Shown here in pieces: positions 1 to 11,422 of a stretch of 64,000 nt of DNA. How positions within the stretch are numbered: position 1 is the stretch's first letter; each line of letters begins with the position of its first letter. Source of the DNA: a virus; the IMG/VR virus record IMGVR_UViG_3300030693_000013; one strand, 5' to 3'. Under the pieces are notes generated by a model. It searched no databases. It was not told where the DNA came from and saw only the letters and a program-made list of their open reading frames with translations. Position numbers and translations under genes: made by a program.

Positions 1-2
1 CG

Positions 3-181
3 GGCCAGATCACGATCGCTGACCCCGTCAACAACATCATCAACATGAACGTGCCGGACACCACGATCCAGTCTGAACTGCCGTGTGGCACCTATGACTA
101 CGACCTGATCATGACCCAGGGGAGCGTCCGCACCCAGATGATGCAGGGCAAACTTATTGTCAAACACGGAGTGAGCGAGAC

Positions 182-185
<4 letters not shown>
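3..185 (+). CDS. 3' end of a virion structural protein (truncated at window start)
   Basis: Open frame [11 protein letters not shown]...[11 protein letters not shown]...[13 protein letters not shown]; its stop overlaps the next ATG (ATGA). Confidence 0.6.
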
Positions 186-960
<775 letters not shown>

Positions 961-961
<1 letters not shown>

Positions 962-1728
962 TGACGGCTCCGGTATACCAAGGCGATTTCGGCAACAACA
1001 GCGGTGGCTCTGGCGCTTTCAACGGCGCTGGCGGCACTATTGGTACTTGCTCGTTCGGATTGACGGTCGCGGCTACCGAGTATTGCCTGCTGGCGATTGC
1101 CTGGGAGAGCGCGTCTGTAGTCGCCCTTTCGAGCGTCGTCGCCGGCGGCACCAGCGGGTTGACTTGGACGAAGGTCGGCTCGACGCTGCATCAGACTGCA
1201 TCGAATGGTTTCTATATGGCGATTGAGCTGTGGGAAGCCACAGGCACTGTCCACACTGGCTCAGGGGATACTGTGGTCTGCACCTTCGCGAGCGCTGTCG
1301 ATCACGCTGCATGCGCTGGACAATTTTTCACGGGTGTGAACGCGACACCATTTGACGCGAACCCGTCGCTCGGCGTGCCGGAATATACGCTCGGCAGCTC
1401 CAGCGTTGCATCGATCAGCGTTACCACCAGCAATCCGGATGACTACATCCTCGGCATCTGCAGCACCAGCGACAACGCCAGTGTCGGCAACTTCACGCTC
1501 GGCGGCAGCGCGGCGGCGTTCAACAACGGGGTGGATAACTCGAGCGGTGGTAGCCAGTGGTGTCGGCTCGCGGTGGGCGGCCTGCCCTATACAGCCACGC
1601 AGTCGGGCCTCGCAGTCGCGAATGGCGCGTCCGCGACGAACACGATCATGGTCGCTGTCGCGCTCACCGCCGACGGGCCTTCTGCCCCCTTCAAGCCAAT
1701 TCGAACTCACGGGATCATTATCAACTGA
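961..1728 (+). CDS. Putative virion fibre/accessory structural protein
   Basis: G/S/T/A-rich beta-type protein inside the fibre operon, TAATG coupling. Confidence 0.6.
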
Positions 1729-1735
1729 GGGTGCT

Positions 1736-1852
1736 ATGAACGACGTGTATTTCTTCGTGCCGCCAGCCAATGTCGTGTTCACTGCCACTGCAGTTGACAC
1801 CAGCTTCAGCGTGCCCGCAGCGAACACGACGTTCACTGTGCCGGGTAGGTAA
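1736..1852 (+). CDS. Small hypothetical protein (38 aa)
   Basis: [38 protein letters not shown] fills the gap exactly; GAGG upstream. Confidence 0.5.
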   Translation: MNDVYFFVPPANVVFTATAVDTSFSVPAANTTFTVPGR

Positions 1853-1854
1853 TC

Positions 1855-3975
1855 GTGTCTCAGATCATCCAACTCACAACCGGCCAGCTGATGTTGAGCA
1901 TCATCGGGCCAACCGGACCTGCTGGCTCAGGAGGGGGCGGCGGTGGCACCGGCATAACGGGTCCGACGGGATCGACAGGAGCGACAGGTGTCCAAGGCAT
2001 TATGGGTGCGACCGGGGCCAGTGGAGTTACTGGAAGCACTGGGAATACAGGGTTCACCGGATCAACTGGCCCTACAGGTGTCGGCTCGACTGGGCCTGCT
2101 TCGACTGGCCCCACCGGCGCAACAGGAGCTGGAACGGTGGGTGCTAGTGGAGCTACTGGCCCAACTGGCGCTGGTGGAGCTGCCGGAACAGTGGGCGCAA
2201 CCGGACCGACAGGCAGCACTGGCGCTCAAGGAAATGTTGGGGCGACTGGACCTAATTTCACAGGAAACACTGGTCCGACAGGAAACACCGGCAGTACGGG
2301 AGCTGTGGGAGCGAGTGGCTCGACGGGATCGACTGGCAGCACTGGAGCGAGCATTACCGGGCCCACTGGCGCTGGGGCCGCTGGCGCCACGGGCCCCACG
2401 GGCTACACCGGACTGGCAGGCGCGACAGGTTCAACGGGACCTACAGGTTTTACTGGACCAGCTGCGCTCTCCGTAAATTCGATGTATGTGCTGGTTGGTC
2501 AGACCGGTACGAACGCAATTGGCACGTCTCTCACCAAAGTTCAGTTCAATAACGAGATCAGCGACGCTTTCAACGTCTTCGATAGCGTGACCAACAATCG
2601 CTATCAACCGACGGTCGCTGGCGATTATCAGATCAACGCGACCGTGGTCATGACGAGTGGCGCGACCGCAGGGTACGGGCTTCTTCACATCTATAAAAAT
2701 GGATCATCGTTTGCGCGGCTCAGCCAGATGCCCGTCGCTGCTTCCGCGGCCGTGGGGCCCGCGGGCGGCATGGTCGTCGCCCTAAACGGGACGACAGATT
2801 ACATTGAAATCTTTGCAGCGGTGACTGGCGCGGCGGGCGCCACAGTGACTGGCGACAGCTTCTTCTCTGCGATCCTGATCCCAGGCTCCGCGATTGGACC
2901 GACTGGCCCCACAGGCAACACGGGCCCTACTGGATACACAGGATACACAGGATACACAGGATATACGGGCGTCACGGGGCCGACAGGCTTCACGGGCAAC
3001 ACGGGTCCGACTGGTATCGCCGGCGCTGCGACGAGCACAGGCGCGACTGGCCCGACCGGCGTAGGGCAAACGGGTACCGTCTTCTTCGCTGCCTTCACAG
3101 GCACGACGGGCATCGTCGCAGCCACCCCCGCTGTCGTGCCGTTGTCGACGATTGTGGTCGATACGCAAGGCGCCTTCGTCGCGGCTGGCTCGAAATTCCA
3201 GCCCTCAATTGCAGGATGGTACGACGTCTCGGGGACGGTTGTCTGCACGGGGACATCGACAGCTTCCTCCTACATCGTGGCGCGCATCAATAAAAACGGC
3301 GCCATCTATGCGGAAGGCGACTATGATATCCAGACATCCACGAACGCAGGCTCGACGGTCAATTGCCTTGTCTTTTTGAACGGGTCCACGGACTATATTC
3401 AGTGGATGGCCTACACCGGGATGACGGCCCCTTCGATTGTCGGTGCCACAACGACGTACACCGTTTACGGCAAAGCGGTTCTCGTGCCGGGTTCGCCGCT
3501 TGGACCGACTGGTGCAACAGGCCCAACCGGCGGCCCGGCCCCTGGGCAAATCCCAGGCACTCCGACCGGCGACAACGCGGCCACAGGTAACGTCGGTGAG
3601 TATATCACATCTAACGTACCCAGCGGTGTCACTCTCACGACCGTTACAGCGGCCAATATCGCGAGCATTTCCCTCTCCCCCGGTGACTGGGATGTAGACG
3701 GCAACGTAGAATTTATCCCGACAACGACGACGTCCATTACCGAGACGTCTGCCAGTATTTCTACAACGTCCGGGACGTTGACTGCCTTCCAGCAACAGCG
3801 GTTGTTTTACGGAGCAACTGTTCCGGGGGCAACTACGAGCACCCCGTGTGTCGCCACACCGACGGTTCGACTGAGCCTTAATTCGACCACGACGGTCTAC
3901 CTCGTGGCCCGTGCGACGTTTTCGATCTCGACCCTGTCGGCGGGTGGCACCATTCGCGCGCGGAGGGTCCGATAA
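1855..3975 (+). CDS. Collagen-like fibre with two C1q-like globular domains
   Basis: Long G-X-T tracts interrupted by two paralogous domains ([23 protein letters not shown] / [22 protein letters not shown], each with NGxTDYI) typical of gC1q; C-terminal domain contains [12 protein letters not shown]. Confidence 0.8.
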   Translation: MSQIIQLTTGQLMLSIIGPTGPAGSGGGGGGTGITGPTGSTGATGVQGIMGATGASGVTGSTGNTGFTGSTGPTGVGSTGPASTGPTGATGAGTVGASGATGPTGAGGAAGTVGATGPTGSTGAQGNVGATGPNFTGNTGPTGNTGSTGAVGASGSTGSTGSTGASITGPTGAGAAGATGPTGYTGLAGATGSTGPTGFTGPAALSVNSMYVLVGQTGTNAIGTSLTKVQFNNEISDAFNVFDSVTNNRYQPTVAGDYQINATVVMTSGATAGYGLLHIYKNGSSFARLSQMPVAASAAVGPAGGMVVALNGTTDYIEIFAAVTGAAGATVTGDSFFSAILIPGSAIGPTGPTGNTGPTGYTGYTGYTGYTGVTGPTGFTGNTGPTGIAGAATSTGATGPTGVGQTGTVFFAAFTGTTGIVAATPAVVPLSTIVVDTQGAFVAAGSKFQPSIAGWYDVSGTVVCTGTSTASSYIVARINKNGAIYAEGDYDIQTSTNAGSTVNCLVFLNGSTDYIQWMAYTGMTAPSIVGATTTYTVYGKAVLVPGSPLGPTGATGPTGGPAPGQIPGTPTGDNAATGNVGEYITSNVPSGVTLTTVTAANIASISLSPGDWDVDGNVEFIPTTTTSITETSASISTTSGTLTAFQQQRLFYGATVPGATTSTPCVATPTVRLSLNSTTTVYLVARATFSISTLSAGGTIRARRVR

Positions 3976-5327
3976 TGCTGCTCAGGACCGTCCAGCAAAC
4001 AGTGATCGACGTCACCCGGTACCACGTCAGCGTGGATGACTGGATGCCGGAAGACACTACGCTTGCCGGCGTTACTGCCACAGTAGATTACGGCACGGCG
4101 ATCGTGACCGGTATCCTGATCGACCGCGACAATCGTGGCTTTCACTTCTTCGTGAGCGAAGGCACTATTTTCGATCAGTTCAACATCATCTTCAGCCAGA
4201 CCGACAGCCGCGGCGGCGTGCGCTTCGATCACATGGCGTTCTCCATCGTGACGAACGGCGGCATCGTTCTTGCAGGTCCGGCGACGTCGACCCAGACACC
4301 GCTCGAATACATGCAGTCCATCCTCGGACCGACCGGATCAACCGGACCTACTGGCGTCGGCGGACCTGGGCCCACGGGCCCTCTCGGCGCGCCCACCGGC
4401 CCGACTGGCAGCACAGGACCACAGGGGTTGACGGGTTGGACGGGTTTGACGGGCTCTACCGGCCCGCAGGGATTGCAAGGGTTCACCGGCCCATCTGGCG
4501 GGACCGGATACACTGGCCCGCTAGGGACTGGACCAACCGGGGCGACCGGTGCTACAGGTCCGCTGGGAACAGGTCCAACCGGGCCGCTTGGTGGTCCCAC
4601 CGGGGGTGCTGGCGCTTCAGGTCCTACTGGCTCGACGGGTTATACCGGAGTGTCGGGGGCTACCGGAAGTTCAGGAGCAACCGGACCCACCGGGTCGCAG
4701 GGGCCATCGGGCTTCACCGGTTCGACCGGCCCAACAGGAGCATCAGGTGCAACAGGTCCCTCGGGTTTATCCCTCACAGGTCCGACCGGCCCCCTCGGGG
4801 GACCTACGGGCAGCAGTGGCCCTACGGGCAGTACAGGCTGTACGGGCGCATTCGGCACAGGGTCAACAGGCCAGCAAGGTCTGGCTGGCCCTCAAGGTAT
4901 TGCTGGACCCACCGGTGCAACCGGGCATCAAGGGGTCACTGGACCTGCTGGTTCGGCGTCGGGCGGTCGCGCGTATACTGCGATCTCTGGGGCCGTGGGC
5001 CTCTCGTCCGGTGTCTCTGCCGCCTCTACGGGGTTCTCCCTAGGCGCCGGCGCCTGGGATGTGCAGGCCGTTACGCAGTTCTCCACCGCGGCTGGTCAGT
5101 CCAAGGCCATCACGATCATGGGTGTCAGCAACACCCCTAGCGGCTTCGGGCTGGGGCTCGGCAGCTATGTGCAGCAGGAGATCGACGGCCTCGGCAACTC
5201 GGACGTCTATTCGTCACCGATGGTCCGTGTTAACGGTCCGATCACCGTCTGGTGCGTAAATTACGCGAACTTCGTCAATGCCGGCGTCACCGCAACCACT
5301 GTGTTGACCGCGCGGCCCACCTCGTGA
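3975..5327 (+). CDS. Collagen-like fibre with N-terminal adaptor-like domain
   Basis: Central G-X-T tract; N-terminus resembles 5335-5634, C-terminus ([11 protein letters not shown]) resembles that of 1855-3975. Confidence 0.8.
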   Translation: MLLRTVQQTVIDVTRYHVSVDDWMPEDTTLAGVTATVDYGTAIVTGILIDRDNRGFHFFVSEGTIFDQFNIIFSQTDSRGGVRFDHMAFSIVTNGGIVLAGPATSTQTPLEYMQSILGPTGSTGPTGVGGPGPTGPLGAPTGPTGSTGPQGLTGWTGLTGSTGPQGLQGFTGPSGGTGYTGPLGTGPTGATGATGPLGTGPTGPLGGPTGGAGASGPTGSTGYTGVSGATGSSGATGPTGSQGPSGFTGSTGPTGASGATGPSGLSLTGPTGPLGGPTGSSGPTGSTGCTGAFGTGSTGQQGLAGPQGIAGPTGATGHQGVTGPAGSASGGRAYTAISGAVGLSSGVSAASTGFSLGAGAWDVQAVTQFSTAAGQSKAITIMGVSNTPSGFGLGLGSYVQQEIDGLGNSDVYSSPMVRVNGPITVWCVNYANFVNAGVTATTVLTARPTS

Positions 5328-5334
5328 GGACGTC

Positions 5335-5634
5335 ATGTTGCTTGGAACAAGGCTGCATACTGCCGGCAATCTGACCCGGTACATTGTCGACTACACCGAC
5401 TGGCTGCAGGAGGGCGCTACGCTTGCGCCTCTCTCGGGTACCGTGACGCTCGCGCCCCAGGCCGGCGTCACCGACGTGGTCATCACGGCGGTCACGATCA
5501 CGCCATCGAACCAGCTGCACTTCTTCATGACCGCGACCGTCGTTAACGAAACTTTTACGCTCGACGTGCAAGTTACCGACAGCCGCGGGGAAATCAAAAA
5601 TGACACCCTCGCCTTCAGAGTTATCCCTGCCTAA
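5335..5634 (+). CDS. Putative fibre adaptor protein
   Basis: RYIVDYTDWL motif, paralogous to the N-terminus of the upstream gene ([10 protein letters not shown]). Confidence 0.55.
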   Translation: MLLGTRLHTAGNLTRYIVDYTDWLQEGATLAPLSGTVTLAPQAGVTDVVITAVTITPSNQLHFFMTATVVNETFTLDVQVTDSRGEIKNDTLAFRVIPA

Positions 5635-5648
5635 CAGGAGTTACCCCA

Positions 5649-5873
5649 ATGCTTGATCTCCTCGCGTCATTCGCGTTCCCGCTTTCGATCGCCGCGACCT
5701 TCGTGGTCACTCTCGTCTTCTCGACGAAAATCAAGGACTTCTTCAGCGGCATTCCGGCCGACCTGCGCAAGGACCTGAACTCGATCGAGAGTGCCACGCT
5801 GTCGAAAGTCGCAGCCGCGCAGAAAGCCGTCGTGGCTTCTGTCGTGCCGCCCCCAGCCCCGGTTGCCAAATAA
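5649..5873 (+). CDS. Small membrane protein of the lysis region
   Basis: N-terminal hydrophobic helix, AGGAG RBS, directly upstream of the endolysin. Confidence 0.55.
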   Translation: MLDLLASFAFPLSIAATFVVTLVFSTKIKDFFSGIPADLRKDLNSIESATLSKVAAAQKAVVASVVPPPAPVAK

Positions 5874-5882
5874 GGTGCTGTC

Positions 5883-6677
5883 ATGCAGGGCAATTATCAG
5901 GCTTTTATCGACCGTGTGATCAAGAAGTACGAAGGCGGCTACGGCTGGGACAAAGGCGATCCCGGCGGCCCCACGAACTTCGGCATCACCTGTTATGACC
6001 TCGCTGAGCACCGTCATCAGAAGATGACGTCGATGGCAGCGTGGGCCGTACCGGTCAAGTCAATGACCCTCGCGGAAGCGGAGGCCATCTATCAGGACAA
6101 GTATGCTGCGGGCCTCGGCTTCAGCATCCTCCCCTCTGGTGCCGATTGCTGCATCCTCGACTACGGGATCAATAGTGGGTTGCCCCGCCCTATCGCTGCC
6201 GCGCACGCGATCGTGCGACTGCCGAATAGTGGGAAAGTCGACAGCGCGCTCGTCGACGCCATCGAGAAATATGGCGTCTCCAAGTTCACCAAGATGCTCG
6301 ACAACGAACGGCTGTCGTTCATGCACGCCATTCAGGGCGGCCGCATGTGGCAGCGCTTCGGCCATGGCTGGCAGTCCCGCGTCAACGATCTCGACAATTA
6401 CTGTGCCGCCCTCGCGCGCAACGACACGCCGGTTGAGGCGGTCGACCTCTCGCACGTCGTCACACCGAAGGCCATTCACGTTGCCAAAACCGCCGGTGGT
6501 ATCACCGCGGGCGGCGCCGTCGCGGTCCCTGCCGGGCTCCATGTTGGGGGCTTCTCGCACTGGGCCGTCGGCGCGGTAGCGGCGGGCGTCGTCATCGCTG
6601 GTGTCGCCTACGAAGCGTATCAGTCCAAAGCCACGGCAGCGGCCAACCTCAAAGTCGTTCTGCCGGCAGGAGCCTAA
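5883..6677 (+). CDS. Endolysin, glycoside hydrolase family 108 with peptidoglycan-binding domain
   Basis: EGGY...DPGGPTNFGIT catalytic motif, DYGINSG, FGHGWQSRV; hydrophobic C-terminal tail. Confidence 0.9.
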   Translation: MQGNYQAFIDRVIKKYEGGYGWDKGDPGGPTNFGITCYDLAEHRHQKMTSMAAWAVPVKSMTLAEAEAIYQDKYAAGLGFSILPSGADCCILDYGINSGLPRPIAAAHAIVRLPNSGKVDSALVDAIEKYGVSKFTKMLDNERLSFMHAIQGGRMWQRFGHGWQSRVNDLDNYCAALARNDTPVEAVDLSHVVTPKAIHVAKTAGGITAGGAVAVPAGLHVGGFSHWAVGAVAAGVVIAGVAYEAYQSKATAAANLKVVLPAGA

Positions 6678-6678
6678 A

Positions 6679-6939
6679 ATGTATCAGTTCCTCGTCGACA
6701 AAATCAGCTGGGTCCTGGGGTCCTTCCACCGCAACGAGACGATCATCTGGGCGCGCATCCAGATGGGTATCGGTGCCGCGTGGGTCGCCCTCGTCTCCAA
6801 TACCGACAGCCTTGCGAAGATCATCGAGAACCCGAAGTACCTCGGGTACGCTCTGATGGTCATCGCCGGGATTAGTGAATATCTGCGTCGGCGCGGCGCG
6901 ACGTTCACCCACGCAGATGACCAACCGGATACGAAATAA
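6679..6939 (+). CDS. Putative holin (86 aa, two hydrophobic segments)
   Basis: Starts at the internal ATG (MYQFLVDK...); two TM-like helices and a charged C-terminus; follows the endolysin. Confidence 0.55.
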   Translation: MYQFLVDKISWVLGSFHRNETIIWARIQMGIGAAWVALVSNTDSLAKIIENPKYLGYALMVIAGISEYLRRRGATFTHADDQPDTK

Positions 6940-7364
6940 TGCTCGGCCTCTTGATGACGGTCCTTCACCTGATCCCAGGACTATCTGGGCTCGCCACCGC
7001 ATGGCTCACGGCGGCCTACAACGCGAAGGTCGCGATCACGACCGCGCAAATTGGCGGCGACGTATCGGTCGCAACGACGATGGTCAACGCGGCGGCAATA
7101 TCGGACCAGACACGAGTTGGCTTCTGGAAGGTGGCAGCGTCGTCGAATATGATGATGTTTTTGATCTATGGCTTCTCCTTTCCTTGGATTTTTTATGAAG
7201 CCAAAGTCGTGGTCTGGGACACTTGCCTGGGCCTTGGGTCTACCCCAGCTATTCACGGAGACGTGATCGGATGGGCAGGAACGATCATTGCGTGTCTCTT
7301 CGGCTCCGGTACCATCGTCCATGCAGGTGAACTGTATTTCAATCGCCCCCAACAGAGAGCATAG
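6939..7364 (+). CDS. Membrane protein of the lysis cassette
   Basis: Several hydrophobic segments; coupled to the upstream gene. Confidence 0.55.
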   Translation: MLGLLMTVLHLIPGLSGLATAWLTAAYNAKVAITTAQIGGDVSVATTMVNAAAISDQTRVGFWKVAASSNMMMFLIYGFSFPWIFYEAKVVVWDTCLGLGSTPAIHGDVIGWAGTIIACLFGSGTIVHAGELYFNRPQQRA

Positions 7365-7366
7365 CC

Positions 7367-7825
7367 ATGAAGATCATCCTTGCACTGCTACTTGCGCTCC
7401 TCACAATCTCCCCAGCCCACGCCACGAATTATACCATCAGTGACGACCCAGGGGGCGACATCCTCGACTTTATCGGTAAATATGAGTTCTGGTTACATCG
7501 CCACGCGGAAGTACGGATCGAAGGTCGGTGCGTCAGCGCCTGCACTATCGTCCTCAGCATCATCCCCAACGAACACATCTGCGCCACCCCAAATGCTGAG
7601 TTCGGTTTCCATTCTGCGGTTAGGAATACCGAGAACGGCCCGGTCTACGCGAAGATCATGACCGCATTGATGTGGGAGATGTACCCAGATCGCGTGATAC
7701 GGGTCCTCACCCCGCTGGGGCTAGGCAAGCCAATCGAGCACCCAGAAATGGTGTATGTAGACGCCCAGAAAATCGTCAAGCCATGCGGGCCAGCGCCAAT
7801 CGCAGATGCTGAGCCCGCACAATGA
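7367..7825 (+). CDS. Secreted ClpP/crotonase-like domain protein
   Basis: Signal peptide (MKIILALLL...AHA), then DPGG...GRCVSACT...FGFH pattern. Confidence 0.55.
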   Translation: MKIILALLLALLTISPAHATNYTISDDPGGDILDFIGKYEFWLHRHAEVRIEGRCVSACTIVLSIIPNEHICATPNAEFGFHSAVRNTENGPVYAKIMTALMWEMYPDRVIRVLTPLGLGKPIEHPEMVYVDAQKIVKPCGPAPIADAEPAQ

Positions 7826-8064
7826 TGTTTACCCTCGTTGCTGTCATTGGGGTCGTGCTCTCGACTGGCGTGACAGATATCGTCGATTATAAGCCCTATC
7901 AGCACAATCGTTTCGCGACGGAAGCGGACTGCAAGGGGTTTTTCTTGACAGATGCGGGTGCTCTTGCGAAACGAGAGCTAGACAGCGTCATCCATGCCGA
8001 GTATCCCGACCTGACCACAGAGGTGCATGTCAAATGCCTGCCCTACGTCAACGTGCCCGACTAA
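7822..8064 (+). CDS. Hypothetical secreted/membrane protein
   Basis: Hydrophobic N-terminus; ATGA overlap. Confidence 0.5.
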   Translation: MMFTLVAVIGVVLSTGVTDIVDYKPYQHNRFATEADCKGFFLTDAGALAKRELDSVIHAEYPDLTTEVHVKCLPYVNVPD

Positions 8065-8073
8065 GGAAGCCCC

Positions 8074-8673
8074 ATGTCGAAACGCAACAAACAGCACCGT
8101 TCTCTTTCGGACGGTCTGAACGAAAAGATCACGGTGCCCTCCGTGCCGCCACCGGCGGTGACGAGCGCGCCTATTCAGGAGAAGCAAATGGAAGCGGAAC
8201 AGCCGACGCAGTCGGAAGCACCGGAGGTTCAGAACGGGCCGACGGCCAAGCAAATGGCGGCAGTTGAAGAAGCCAACGCCAAACGCCGGATCGATATCGT
8301 CCGGCGCAACGAGCAGATCGCTGAAGAACAAGCGGCCGAGCCGGTGTCTTTGATCGGTACCGCCGCAAAGGGCCGCGAAGCCCTCCTCGACCAGCTCCGT
8401 ACGCACGCACAGAAGCCGGCGAAGCCGCCCTATGTGCCGCCCCCGATGACCGATCGTCAGAAGGAACGGCTGCAGGAGGAAATGAACGCCGGCGCCGCGG
8501 CAGTCGCCAAGGCCAAAGCCAGCCAAATCCGGCAGGGGCACCCGCTGCTCCCGCAGGCCGGCGCTAACGAAGGCGTAACCAATCCAGTTCATCGTCCCAA
8601 TGAAATCGTACCGGACCCCCTCCTGACAGGGACCGGCAAGGCAGGTGCGGGGGTTTTCAGCCCCGACGTGTGA
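8074..8673 (+). CDS. Hypothetical protein
   Basis: 199-aa ORF with RBS and phage-like codon usage. Confidence 0.55.
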   Translation: MSKRNKQHRSLSDGLNEKITVPSVPPPAVTSAPIQEKQMEAEQPTQSEAPEVQNGPTAKQMAAVEEANAKRRIDIVRRNEQIAEEQAAEPVSLIGTAAKGREALLDQLRTHAQKPAKPPYVPPPMTDRQKERLQEEMNAGAAAVAKAKASQIRQGHPLLPQAGANEGVTNPVHRPNEIVPDPLLTGTGKAGAGVFSPDV

Positions 8674-8680
8674 GGGTCTG

Positions 8681-11422
8681 ATGCCAGCTGCTCCAAGCCA
8701 TGAACCGCAGACTATGCCGGATGCTTTCAAGTTGGAAGCCTTCGGGGGTTCGCTGCCGGCGTGGGATGAGCATCTCCTGCCAGCTGGACAGGCTGCCAAG
8801 TCGGTAGATGCATACCTGTTCAGCGGTACGCTGACTGGCTGGCGCACGCCGACGCTGCTATACACGTTCAAGAATAGCGCGGCGCAATACGCCTATCGCA
8901 TCCCGAACCAGAGCCAGAGCATCGCTCAGGCATTCCTTGTCTTTGTCGCCAATCCGCTCGCCGCGGACACCGTGTTCCTGGGCGAAGAGACTTACACGTT
9001 CGTCAGCGCGATCACCTCGGCGTCGCCGGCGTACAGCATCCTGATCGGAGCCAACGCCTATGCCACAGCCACCAACTTCTTCGCCGCCCTCACCTTCGAC
9101 AACGGAGCAGGCACCAATGCAGGAACACTTTACTCATTGGGGACTGTGGCTAACCCTGCTGCTGATCAATCTGGGCCACCTACCGCAAACGTGCTTGGCA
9201 ATGGTCCGGCTCGCGTTCAGGTATTTGCTCCGTCCGTTGGAGCTGCCTTTAATGGCACGGTTGTCGCTGAGAGCACGGGTAACGCCCGAACCAGCTGGCA
9301 GTATCCCTTCGGCACTCCCACCGCTACCCTCAATGGCGGAACAAATGTCTCGTACGACACAGGAATTACTGCACCTTCAACTTGGATGGAATTCCTTGAT
9401 CCAGACACAGATGTTGTCCGCTCTCCAGTTGTGGATGACCAGTTCAACCGCTATTATTTCGCCTCCCCCTCCGAGCAGCCCCAGTACAACACCCTCGCCC
9501 GCATCCAAGCCGGCCTGCCTCCATGGCTCCTCGGCGTGCCCGCGCCCGGCTGCACTCCCGGGGTTGGCGTCACGGGTGGCGGCGACACTGCGACGCTCGG
9601 CTTCAACACCACCACTTCAGTAAACCAAGGCAATCCCGGCGCGAACATCGTCTACATGATCCCGGTCACGCCGACCGGCGACATGATCCTGAACGACGTC
9701 GGCTTGATGCCGCAGGCAACGAGCGCGACCGCGCAGTTCGCTGCCGTGCTCTATGCCGACAACAACGGGACCCCGGGCGACCTGATCAACGTGGGCGTCT
9801 CCGTCACCGGCTGCGCCGCCGGCGTGCAGGTGGAGAGCGCGTTCACGAACCCGACCGGGCTCTTGATGAACGTGCAGTACTGGATCGGCTTCATGACCGA
9901 TACGTCGATCCCGATCCAGCTGGCGAACGACACCGGCGCCACCGGCGTGGTCTGCTTGAACACCTACTCGAACGGGCCCCCGCCCGTGATCAACAACCTG
10001 ACGATCGGATACCCGACCCTTGAAGTGTGGGGGGATTGCACCGCATCGTCCGTACAGGAGGCTCGAGCCTATGTTTATACCTATGTTAGTGCATATGACG
10101 AAGAAGGTCCTCCGTCTCCTGCGACGATCGTAACTGGCTGGAGCAACGGAACGTGGACGGTTGATCTCTTCCAGCCACCACCGGATCAGCTCGGCGTGAA
10201 GCGCGATCTCGTCTCGATCAACATCTATCGTACCGTCACCGCGACCGGTGGATCGACAACGTATTTCTTCGTGGCGAACGTGCCGATCACGCAGGCGTCG
10301 TACACCGATATCATTCCGGACAGCACGGTCGTCGACAATCTTCAGCTGGTGTCGCAGCTCTACACCCCACCTCCGGAGGACTTGCAGGGCCTGATCACGA
10401 TGCCGAACGGCATGATCGTGGGCTGGCGCGCGAATGAACTCTGGTTCTGCCAGCCGTATCTGCCGCATGCGTGGCCATCGAGTTATGTGCTGACCTGCGA
10501 GTATCCGATCGTCGGGCTCGGCGTCAGCGGCAACACCGTCGTCGCCGCCACCGCGGGTGCGCCCTATATGGCGCAGGGTATCTCGCCGGCGACCATGACC
10601 GCCAACGCTGTCAACCATCCGGCGCCGTGCGTCTCGCGCGGTAGCGTCTTGGGTAATTCACAGGGCGTCTACTATGCGTCGCCGAACGGCTTGATGCTGG
10701 TTGACCAGACCGGCAACGTCACGAACACGACTGAAATCTGGATCACCCGGGAGAAGTGGCAGCAGCTCACCCCGCAGAAGAACCTTAGAAGTGTGTTCTT
10801 CGTATCTACTTATTTCGCCCTCGGCTGCACCCGCAACGGCGACAACAGTGTGGCCCAGGAGGGCTTCACCGTCGAGTTGAACACTGCCGATGCCAACAGC
10901 TTCACCATCTGGCCTCAGGCCGGCGGCCACAGGCTGGGCTTCAGCCAACTGACGTCGCCGAACGCGCTGGACGTGCTGAACGTGCGTATCGATCCGTGGA
11001 GCGGCGTCTGCCTCGTCACCTATGCCGGCAACATCTACCAGTACGACTTCACCCAGGCGAACCCGGTGATGCAGGCCTACGACTGGACGTCGAAGCTATA
11101 TCAGATGAAGTCGAAGAAGAACCTCGCCGCCTTCCGCGCGTGGTTTACTGTGCCAGTAAACACCCCGGCCCAGAATGCCCTTCCGAACACCGCGCCGCCG
11201 AGCGACCCCAGCTGGAACACCCTACAAGAGGGCCAGTACGCTATCATCAAGGTCTACGCCGGCGGGGTGCTTGTGACTTGCCGGGAGCTGCGATATCCTC
11301 AGCAGCTGTTCCGGATCGAGAGCGGCTTCAAAGCCGAGACGTGGCAGTTTGAAATCCTGGGGCGTGTACCGATCAGCAACATTCAGGTCGGAACGTCGGT
11401 CAAAGCAATGGCGAAAATCTAA
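8681..11422 (+). CDS. Podovirus tail/stabilisation (nozzle-like) protein
   Basis: AYVYTYVSAYDEEGPPSP and PPEDLQGLITMPNGMIVGWRANELWFCQPYLPHAWP motifs recalled from podovirus tail proteins. Confidence 0.7.
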   Translation: MPAAPSHEPQTMPDAFKLEAFGGSLPAWDEHLLPAGQAAKSVDAYLFSGTLTGWRTPTLLYTFKNSAAQYAYRIPNQSQSIAQAFLVFVANPLAADTVFLGEETYTFVSAITSASPAYSILIGANAYATATNFFAALTFDNGAGTNAGTLYSLGTVANPAADQSGPPTANVLGNGPARVQVFAPSVGAAFNGTVVAESTGNARTSWQYPFGTPTATLNGGTNVSYDTGITAPSTWMEFLDPDTDVVRSPVVDDQFNRYYFASPSEQPQYNTLARIQAGLPPWLLGVPAPGCTPGVGVTGGGDTATLGFNTTTSVNQGNPGANIVYMIPVTPTGDMILNDVGLMPQATSATAQFAAVLYADNNGTPGDLINVGVSVTGCAAGVQVESAFTNPTGLLMNVQYWIGFMTDTSIPIQLANDTGATGVVCLNTYSNGPPPVINNLTIGYPTLEVWGDCTASSVQEARAYVYTYVSAYDEEGPPSPATIVTGWSNGTWTVDLFQPPPDQLGVKRDLVSINIYRTVTATGGSTTYFFVANVPITQASYTDIIPDSTVVDNLQLVSQLYTPPPEDLQGLITMPNGMIVGWRANELWFCQPYLPHAWPSSYVLTCEYPIVGLGVSGNTVVAATAGAPYMAQGISPATMTANAVNHPAPCVSRGSVLGNSQGVYYASPNGLMLVDQTGNVTNTTEIWITREKWQQLTPQKNLRSVFFVSTYFALGCTRNGDNSVAQEGFTVELNTADANSFTIWPQAGGHRLGFSQLTSPNALDVLNVRIDPWSGVCLVTYAGNIYQYDFTQANPVMQAYDWTSKLYQMKSKKNLAAFRAWFTVPVNTPAQNALPNTAPPSDPSWNTLQEGQYAIIKVYAGGVLVTCRELRYPQQLFRIESGFKAETWQFEILGRVPISNIQVGTSVKAMAKI

